Shown here: positions 13,202 through 23,400 of the stretch, piece after piece
Layout of the letters: each line of letters starts with the position of its first letter
How positions within the stretch are numbered: position 1 is the first letter of the stretch
NCBI RefSeq assembly: GCF_963853765.1
Contig: NC_088858.1
Location: 6,882,001 to 6,946,000, forward strand
DNA: 64,000 nt
Direction of reading: 5' to 3'
DNA from: Magallana gigas
Lineage: Eukaryota
Notes under the pieces: model-generated
Database searches by the model: none
What the model was told of the DNA's origin: nothing
What the model saw: the letters and a program-made list of their open reading frames with translations, nothing else
Translations under genes and position numbers: made by a program

Positions 13202-13999
13202 CTAAACAGTAATCATCAGAATATAAATCGTCGTTGTCGCAAACCACGGCGGCGCGGCCAATATCTACATTCCTCTTTGTAGGAGAGAACTTTATGTGAA
13301 CTCCGGACCGGGGCTTCAGGTGGCCCTATACACCCACAGTTTATTCCAATTTTCAATAGAAGACCGCAAAACATATACTTATCAAATATTAAAATGACGA
13401 TTGGGATACTATAGGTATTTTTAAAGAATTTTTTAATGTTTTTTCGTGTTTTTGTAAAATATTTTTTAAAAAAACAACAAATTGAGAGAAATTATTTTGT
13501 CATATGATGGATATTTCCTTCGGACACATAAAAAAAAATATAACACTTCTTAACATTCAAAAATGTTATTATTGCAATTTTTTTTAGTATTTCCCCAAAA
13601 CATAATTTTTCATATTTTCTTACTCTGTTGACAAATCATCTGAAAAAGTTGCTTGATGTTATAAGAAAATGTATTTTAATAAATGTGACATAAAAAATTG
13701 AATGAAAACCATTGCAAATAAACACACACACAAAATTAAATTTAATTTGGTATGAATGTTCCTCATGTAAGGGTTATCGTTCCTAAGTCCCAAGGCCCAA
13801 ACACCTTGGGGACTTTTCATTTCTGAGTTGAAGAAAATTTCCTAAATATAATGTTGGAATGATAAATACATACATATTTCATTATAGACTTTGCCCTGTA
13901 TAAGTGAATAAATTCGCTTTAATGCAAAACTAAGTTAAATAAATAAAGGGGAACATTGACTAGGCTAATAGGATTTATGTATCCCAACCTGAGAGAAAT

Positions 14000-14320
14000 T
14001 CAAAGCCCGTTAGGTGTCGATATTAATGTGCATTAAAGTATATTATAATTGAAATATTTTCACCTGTTTAGAATTTTCTTTCACGGTATTCAACCAAAAA
14101 ATACGTTTTAGAAATTTTTGGAAAGTTAAAAAATTTATTGTTCTCAACAGGAATCGAACTCATGACCTACTGGTTTGTAGTGAACCCACTAACCCACTGC
14201 GCTACGGTGTAACATATCGATGATTTTAAAGAAACTTTTTAAAAATTTATACTTGATTTTATTGTTTATTTCGATAAATAATACCACACAACGTGAAGGT
14301 GTCACATACCACATTACTTG
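14000..14320. mobile_element. Degenerate or truncated copy of the 49652-49960 MITE, with an internal tRNA-like segment
   Basis: Colinear similarity to 49660-49960, including the right end GGTGTCACATACCAC; A/B-box-like sequence on - strand at about 14146-14206. Confidence 0.6.
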
Positions 14321-15800
14321 TAAGTAATGAATTTTCCAATTATCAAATTAAATCTATCCATTTAACAAATTTTTCAAAATAGCGGTTCCCATACAATTCA
14401 CCTCAGTTTAAATCAGCCAGTACCGGAAATGCATGTTTCCAGATTTACTTTTTTGCGTACTGCGTCATCAAAAAGTGGTGTATAGAGCCACCTTAAAACG
14501 ATGCATAACAAACCGTACACTAAACAGCATTTCAAGAGTTTACGGACTTGATCTCTATAGATGCTTACTCCTACCTTAATTTTTATCGTTGTGAATTCTT
14601 TATAATTTCCCCTAAAATTCGTTATTGCAGTTACAAAAATATAGCCCGCATTAATTAACATCGTTCTGTCTTTCTTCTTCTCTAAATTGTTATTTCACTC
14701 CATGACATCATGATACATTATCTGAATTTTCTCAATTATATTGCTAGTAAAGGAATCAAGGCAAAATTAATTCTTCACTTACCTCTTTGGTTAAAGCCGA
14801 CATTTTGTAGACTTCGATAGACTACGTTGTTTCACACAAATGAAGGAATTTGGCGGAACGTGCACAACAATGACATCTCGTTATCGACTTTTCACCATTT
14901 AAAACATTATAAAATAGTTAAAGGTTGACCTCTATTGAATTTTGTTGACATGAAAAGTTATCGTTTTGTTTTAAAGATTTTGTGCTGTCTGTGGAATGAT
15001 TTTATTTTACACGTGTACATCTAGCTGTATGACGACAGTGCTCAATATTTAGAACAGAAGAACTAAGCAACATAATTCTTCTTTTAGTTCACATTTATTT
15101 TTATTCTATTGACGATTTTTTCCCGAAAAAATAATAATTGTAATTTCAGTATACCTTGATTAAAGGAAATAAAATCGCAATTTCATCAAAGAACAAGTTT
15201 TTGGAGTATTTAACACAAGAGACAACGTAAAGATATCGCTCTTACCAGAGGGTCAATGCACCTTTTTAAAGTGAAATATATGCATGTATAAATAAAAACG
15301 CCAATTTTTTACAACTCATTTAAGACTTCAACCTTTTATATTACAAGAAATAACTTCGTCGATGATTTTTGGCGAACGTGTGAGTATAAATTTAGAATGA
15401 GGAAAAGTAAAATCTTTTCCAATTTTCAGTATTTGCGGATTTGATAAATAAAACGTAATGGATGTGTTACACCTCACAATGGTTGCGGATAAATCGGCCA
15501 TGCAGCCTGTTTTTTAAACAGGTTTAGGCTATAGATGAATGTCCAGGTAAAAAGTCAGTCTGTCCAGTTGTACATACAGCTACACCAGATAACAAATGGA
15601 ATTGTTAACCTGATAGGAAAGTGTAAATGCGAAACCTCCGACTTTTACTTTTATAGTGTTATCTGCCTAAAAGTTAAATAATAAATGTCCTTTATATCAC
15701 AATACACGACAGTCTGATTGCACATCTGGGCTAAAAAAAAAATGATAGGAAGGAAATAACATTTGATGACGAAACATTAAGCAGTGCACAGCTGGTAACT

Positions 15801-15893
15801 CAATCTGATTAAAATCAGATCTTTGATCCGCTCCGACAATTCGGGACATCGAAATTGTCGGAGCGGATCAAAGATCCGATTTTAATCAGATTG
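15801..15893. repeat. Near-perfect 93-bp inverted repeat flanked by 8-bp direct repeats
   Basis: Arms of ~43 bp (1 mismatch, 1 indel), 6-nt loop GGACAT; CTGGTAAC at 15792-15799 and 15894-15901. Confidence 0.8.
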
Positions 15894-16067
15894 CTGGTAA
15901 CACTCACTTGGTATTCTGAAAAAAATTCTGCCCCTATTTTCTTTTGATATGAACTCTTTCCATGTGTTTTGCTCAATTCATACTGACACAGTGACTATTC
16001 TCTGTTGTTTTCTTTTTAATATAAAAAAGTAGGATGAACCAAAAAAAAATGTTACTAAGAAAATGGA

Positions 16068-16073
16068 TTTATT
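16068..16073 (-). terminator. Possible neurexin poly(A) signal (3' UTR about 1.35 kb)
   Basis: AATAAA on - strand followed by a T-rich tract on the transcript strand. Confidence 0.25.
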
Positions 16074-17420
16074 TACAGACATATTTACATAGTTATTCCC
16101 ATTCTCTCACAAAAAACATATGGCACAAAATCTCTTCCATTTCTTTAACAAACACATGAGACAAAAATAGCCAACACATTGTCAAATGATATCAACATGA
16201 AGCACATATCAAGAATATTGCACAAAATGTCATGAGGCATTCAGTCTTTGCTGTAGAATGCTGCAACAATACACAAAATAAATCGATATAATCCAGTCAG
16301 TCAAAATATATTAGCTGCTACATGCACGAAATAATGTATGTATTCTGAATCAACAGGAGACAAAAATCAACTCTTACGAATAGGAAGTGACACTATTCCT
16401 CAAGAAATACAGACAAATAAATCATTTCTTTTGATACACAGTGTTCATATAAAATCATGCCAAGTTGAAAGAGAAGACTCATGGATGTACAAAGAGTATA
16501 AATACACAGGAAACATGATATTGTACATACATGTATGTATGTAGATAGAGTGCAAGCTAAAGACAGGAAGGAATGGACACAGAAATCTAAACCAATCTGA
16601 GCCATCAAAATTTGTTCAACTCTGAGTTTTGATAGTATGAAGTTGGTGGGTGAAGCTTTAATAAAAGACTCAATGTGTCTCCAAAACACGAATTACATTT
16701 ACCGGTACTATATATACATATATAACAAGCAAAATACACACATAAGTACTAATATAGCTTATCCTTTGGAAGTCCTTGCGAATTCATGCTAAATAATGAC
16801 CACAGATGTATGAATGTTTTCATAAAGACACACATAGGACAGAAATGGAATGAATTTTGATCTGTCTCTATCTAAAGCTAGGGAATGCATGTTGTACATG
16901 GTCCAAACTATTTGGCAACGAATACTGGACAATCTATATCACTACGAGTCATAAAAAAAGGTTTCCTCCATCACAACATAGCTCAGAGCCGTGCTAGACA
17001 CACTTCACAGAAAGCACCGAAGAGTTCCCCACATCTGAGCAGAGTCACTCAGCTCGTGGTGGTTTCACTAAAATCTCAAGGATTCCCTGCAATCACCAAA
17101 GCCTGGCCTGTTCCTCTCATTTAAACAATAGTATAGTTTTACATGTAGGTTCAATTGACTGGACTGCAACTTCAGATACATGTACAAAGAATATTTCATG
17201 AAGGTATTTCCTGAATCAATATATTTGTTAATTGCCTTAATGTTTTTTCAAATTCTGTTTTTTATATTTTGAATGGGAATTTGGGAACTCTGAGTTTTCA
17301 ATCATTTGTTTATTTTTCAGTGCTTTATTTGTATCTCCTTAAGTAGGTTTCTGAGACCTCATAGTGATCAGGCTTTGGTGAGTCCTTAATTTACCTATAC
17401 CACTCTTTCATGTCCTGACT

Positions 17421-20400
17421 TTACACATACCACTCCTTGACATCCTTCTTCTTTCCTGACTTTCCGCCCCCACCACTGTGGTTACCTAGCAATGCTCCAT
17501 TACCCTGCTGTTGTTTCTTTTCTAGAAAAGCAAAGTTCTGACTTTCGTCCACTTTATACGTGCCCTCGTCACGACTCCGAAATTTATACAGTGCTATTAT
17601 TAGAATGATGAGTGCTACTAAAACCCCGCCCACTATGCCTATAATAAGGGCGAGGTTTGGAGTTTGTGTCACTTCCTGTTCCCTGCTGGAGTTCGCAGGG
17701 CGTTGAGGATTATATTCAGTGGAAGGCTTAGAGCCCTCTATGTTAAGCTGTCCCGACTTTGAAGAGTTCCGGTCTGGCTTCATTAAGTTGGTGCTCTCCA
17801 CTTGATTGTCACAGTTCAGTAAATCTTTAGAATAGCAAGGTCCCGTGTCAGTGCTGAAAGTCAAGACAGATTAACCATTAATCATCAATCTACCCCAAAT
17901 ATTTTAATGGAATCTGAAATATTAGTCTTTAGATACAGAGATGATTTTTAAGCATGCTTCTGAGGAAAAAGACATAGTTTATATCAAGTATGGCATTTTG
18001 AATAATTTCTTAAACAAAAACTTTTAAATACTGTTAAGTTAATACCGGTAAGTTAATACATGTATTAATAAATGACTAACCTTTTGGGTGGAGGTTTGGT
18101 GGTTGGTTTGTAAGTGAACTTGACCGTGGTGGAGATGATGTTGTCCGAGAATTCCTCCTGGGCACAATCGTCCTCGTCATCCTCCGGACACCTGATTCCT
18201 CCCTCTCCTGATCCCGCCGGGACTATGATGTCATCCGTTACCCCGTCGTGTGGGGTGGTCTGCTGTATCAGAAAGATGCATGTAGTGCATTACAGGGATA
18301 GGTGAAAGTCTGTTTGTTAAAATTTTTATTGAAGAAGTATTTGAAAAATTATGTATTGTCTTGATATTTTCAGGGGAAAGCAATTCATTTTTTTAAAGAA
18401 TATTCAAGCATCATGCAGTTCAATGAGATAACCTCTGTTGATCTAAATACTAGTATTCCATAATTTATTATACAATCGTTCATTTTTCATAAAATTTTTG
18501 AAATAGATGTTAGTGTAAAAACAAAGCAAACCTAAAAAAAAATATGGAAATAAACTTCCAAATGTGTTTTTTTTTTTTTTAATTTCAAAGAGTTAGAAGA
18601 CAATAAAAGTGTTGGAGAAAGAAAGAGAAAGGTGGGAATAAAATGGTGAAAACAAAAACGTATGGAACATCAGGCAACTAATGTTTCTTAACAGAATACA
18701 TATCATCTAACTAAGCAATCCATTTTTTTTCTTTATCTGAAAAGATGGCATTAATTCTATTTGGGTTAAAGTTATAATTTCAAATCATCCACCAGTTTGC
18801 TACTTTCAATATCCAAGTTTCTCCTCTACACACTGTCATAACATGTTAGTAGTCACTCAGACCTTTCACTAACTGTTTCAGTTATGATGTATTAGTAGGA
18901 ATACTTTATTGCTCCAGATCTTCCACCTATGTGGTTATGATGTATTAGTAGGAATACTTCATTGCGCAAGATCTTCCATCATCTAGTTATGATGTATTAG
19001 TAGGAATACTTCATTGCGCAAGATCTTCCATCATCTAGTTATGATGTATTAGTAGGAATACTTCATTGCGCAAGATCTTCCACCTATTTAGTTATGATGT
19101 ATTAGTAGGTATACTTCATTGCTCAGATCTTCCTCCTACTTAGTTATGACGTAAAAATAGGAAACTAGGAATATTAAGAAGCTAAGATATTACATATACT
19201 TAGTTATGATGTATAAGTAGGAATAATTCATTGCTCAAGATCTTCAATCTATCTAGTTATGATGTATTAGTAGGAATTCTTTATTGCTCAAGATCTTCCA
19301 CCTATTTAGTTATGATGTATTACCGGTAGTAGGATTACTTCATTACTCAGATCTTCCTCCTACTTAGTTATGATGTATTAGTAGGAAACTAGGAATATTA
19401 CAAGGTAAGATCTTCCATCTACTTAGTTATGATGTATTAGTAGGAATACTTCATTGCTCAAGATCTTCAATCTATTTAGTTATGATGTATTAGTAGGAAT
19501 TCTTTATTGCTCAAGATCTTCCACCTATTTAGTTATGATGCATTACTGGTAGTAGGATTACTTCATTACTCAGATCTTCCTCCTACTTAGTTATGATGTA
19601 TTAGTAGGAAACTAGGAATATTACAAGGTAAGATCTTCCATCTACTTAGTTATGATGTATTAGTAGGAATACTTCATATCTCAAGATCTTCCACCTATTA
19701 AGTTATGATGTATTAGTAGTTATACTTCATTGATCATGATCTTCCAGCTATTTAGTGATCATGTATTAATAGGAATACTTCATTGCTCAGGTCTTCCACC
19801 TAATTAGTTTATGATGTATTAGTAGGATTACTTTATTGCTCAAGATCTTCCATCATCTAGTTACGATGTATTAGTAGGAATACTTCATTGCACAAGATCT
19901 TCCATCATCCAGTTATGATGTATTAGTAGGAATACTTCATTGCTCAGATCTTCCTCCTACTTAGTTATGACGTAAAAATAGGAAACTAGGAATATTAAGA
20001 AGCTAAGATCTTACATCTACTTAGTTATGATGTATTAGTAGGAATACTTCATTGCTCAGATTTTCCATCTATTTAGTTATGATGTATAAGTAGGAATACT
20101 TCATTGCTCAGATTTTCCATCTATTTAGTTATGATGTATTAGTAGGAATACTTCATTGCTCAGATTTACCATCTATTTAGTTATGATGTATTAGTAGGTA
20201 TACTTCATTGCTCAGATTTTCCATCTATTTAGTTATGATGTATTAGTAGGAATACTTCATTGCTCAGATCTTCCATCTATTTAGTTATGATGTATTAGTA
20301 GGAATACTTTATTCCCCATGATCCTTTTGCCCAGTTATCATGAGTTAGTAGGGATAATTCATTCCTCATGATGTTTTGCTCCTCCATGTACCTGTTATGA

Positions 20401-23400
20401 TGTGTTAGTTGCAATCTTCCATTCCTCATGATCCTCCACTAACAATTGCGGTTATCATGTGTTAGTAGGGATATTTCATCTCATGATCCTCCATCAACAT
20501 AGTTATCATGCATTAATAGAGATCTTCCATTCCCCATAATGCTCCACTCAGTGTTTCAGTTTTCATATGTTGGTAGTGATACTTAATCTTTCATGATCCT
20601 TCACTTACTGTCTTAGTTATTACATGTTAGTAAAGATCTTTTAATCTCATGATTTTTCACTTTCTCATTATTATGTTTTATTAGGGATCTCTCATCTCTC
20701 ATGGTCCTTCCCTGTCTCATTAATCAAGCATTAGTAGAGTTCATCCTCCACTTACTGTCTCAGTGATTGGATGATAGGTGAACTGAACCACTTCCTCTTC
20801 GCCCAGCACCACACCCCCCTCCTGGCCCCGCCCAAGCCCAATGTCAGCCCAGGGCTTCATCTGGTTCGACTCAGCAGGGTCGGTCTCTAGCTTCCTTGGA
20901 ATCACATGATGGACAGTGTCCTCGTATCGACTATTGCTCGCCTTATAATCCACATCTATGGTCCTCCAATCCTGCTCTTGGCTGGTCATATCTTGGTTCC
21001 CGCTCCCCGACCCCTGGTAGTCTGCACGGTTGTCAAAGTCTGCGTCATCGCTCATGTAATCCAACAGAATATTTTGTGGTTCTAGTCTTAAGTCATCTTC
21101 AAGTTTTAACTCCTCAGAATTCATCAAAGAAAACTTAACGACCTTGTCTTTGCCAGACACTTGTGCATTATTTGAATTGCTAGAATGCTTGCTGCTGCTA
21201 TAAGGTGAAAGTACCTCCCTAGAATTTCTTCTCTGGGTTCGCTTGATGCCTATTTTCCTAATATCAATTTTTCTGTCTATCTTAAGAGAGTGATAAACTT
21301 AATTATACAAACAACTAAAGAAAAAAAATCCACAAAAGTATCAAACTGAAGCAAAGTTTTAAATCAAAACTAAAGAATTGTCAGACTGAAAACATTTTAG
21401 TGTTCATGTATGTAAAATGGCAAGTGTAAAGAGAAGTCTAGAAATGAAAGTTTGGTAAGAATCAGAGAATGACACGTACCCTTATTCCTTCTGTTGACTG
21501 CATTTCATGTTTTCTACAATTGACATTGATTCATGTTAATAACAAAACAGCTATATTCAGGACTTAATATGGTCTTTCAATACTAAAAAAGCAAGAAAAT
21601 ACATTGAAAATAAATACTGACAAATTAAATGTAGAGATATATGAAGAAATACACGATTGCAGTTTCATACAGAGTATTGAGGACATAACGCAACCAGTCT
21701 GATATTTTTAGGTGAGGCCCAAGTTACCTGTCGTACCTGGTAGTAGTGGGGCAGAGCAAAACATTGCCCTCCTTCACAACGAACGGGTCCTGAACACAGG
21801 CCAGATCGATCACCCGTTTACCGTTGAACACCAAACCTACACCCCAACAGTGAGAATCAATGCAATAAAATGCAATTATGTTATTTATAAAATGTATGAT
21901 AGTTGCAATGTTAAAGTTAGAATATTCATGTACTAATGATTCTATGAGCAAAAGGTAAGATGGACTAACAAAACATAGCAATTAAAGTTCAAATTACTAC
22001 ACCAATGGTTTGGAGAGTAAACAAATTGAATTGACAAATTAAATTTAAAAATCTAATGACACAGTAAAATTTAATCAGATGAAGTAAATTAAAATGCTTC
22101 TCAGAAACAATACCTGAAATAGATCCCCTGAAGAATGGTTTCTTTCCATTTCCACCCACAATGATTTTGGATTGGTTGTTGAAAACACTCCATTGTTGCT
22201 CTTCTCCTATAATTAATATAATATAGTTAAACTATTAATTATCGGTAATTCACAGAATATTTCATGTAACTATTACAAAATCTTATTTGAAGCTGTCATT
22301 TTCTTTGGAGTTATCTCTCATTGCTCGTAACTCATCAATTTCATAAATTCAACAGGAACAAACTGTTCAGTCGAGAGAACTTTATATACAATGATAACCT
22401 AGAGACAAGTGCACATCCATTACCTGGAAACTCATTCACAGAGAAAAGCTTGGATAAAAAACCTGATGCATTAAAAAGGCAGAAGTAAACATCACATGTA
22501 CAATGTATTTTGCATAAATTCATGGATTGGGATCATCAGTTTTTGGGGGATCACAATTTTGTGGATTTTATGGATAAGTACCGAGTACCCCATACATACA
22601 ACATACATTTCTATTATTACTTAAGAAATTACTTTATTGAATCATTTCATCATAATTTGTTTGAGAAAATCATCAGTCCATGCAATTACATATTAATATT
22701 ATCAGCTGTTACTTTTGAAGAATCCACAATGATTTGTGTTATCCTTCCCAAAAACTTGATGTAATCCCTTCAATCTTTTGTTTAAATACCTTCACACAGG
22801 TATTACAAACATTAACATACATTGTATTACATTACATGTACAAATACATTTGTAAATAACTGCCTGAAAAACCGTGCAGGAATGGTGAAAACATAACCTT
22901 TAATAAAATGATAAATTTCACTAATTTAATCCACAAAATTGATGCCTATTAACATTAAAGAATGCACAGTAGACAGGTGTAACTTTTAAGTAGTTTACTG
23001 TAAAACTGGTAATTTACGCGTAAGGGAAAGGACTACATGGTTGTGGTATTATGCTTTTCTTGTCCCAAAATTAAAGTTCTATAGAAAGCTTTGCAAATAA
23101 GGTTAAAGATAGTTGAAATCGTATTGAATAGGTACATTAAAGGTTATCACCTCAATGTTTTTTTTTTTTACTAGGAAACATACAGTGCATATTGCTTGCT
23201 CTAGTATCTTTTTTAAGTATGATGTGTAAAATCATGTAAAAATCTTACTTCAGCAGACCTGCGCTCTATAATTTCAAAAGCAAAATATGAAGGATAATGA
23301 CAATATTTTCATTTGTTTGCGCATTTGCAGGAATGAGCCCATTTTAGTGATGTCATAGATAAACACCAACATGTATTAGACAATGAAGAACAATATCTAG

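Noticed and set aside
14146-14206. Functional tRNA gene
   Set aside because: Acceptor and anticodon stems do not pair properly and the segment lies inside a MITE; treated as tRNA-derived sequence.
18870-20755. Regular arrays resembling CRISPR
   Set aside because: Eukaryotic intron, pure tandem units with no unique spacers, no cas genes.
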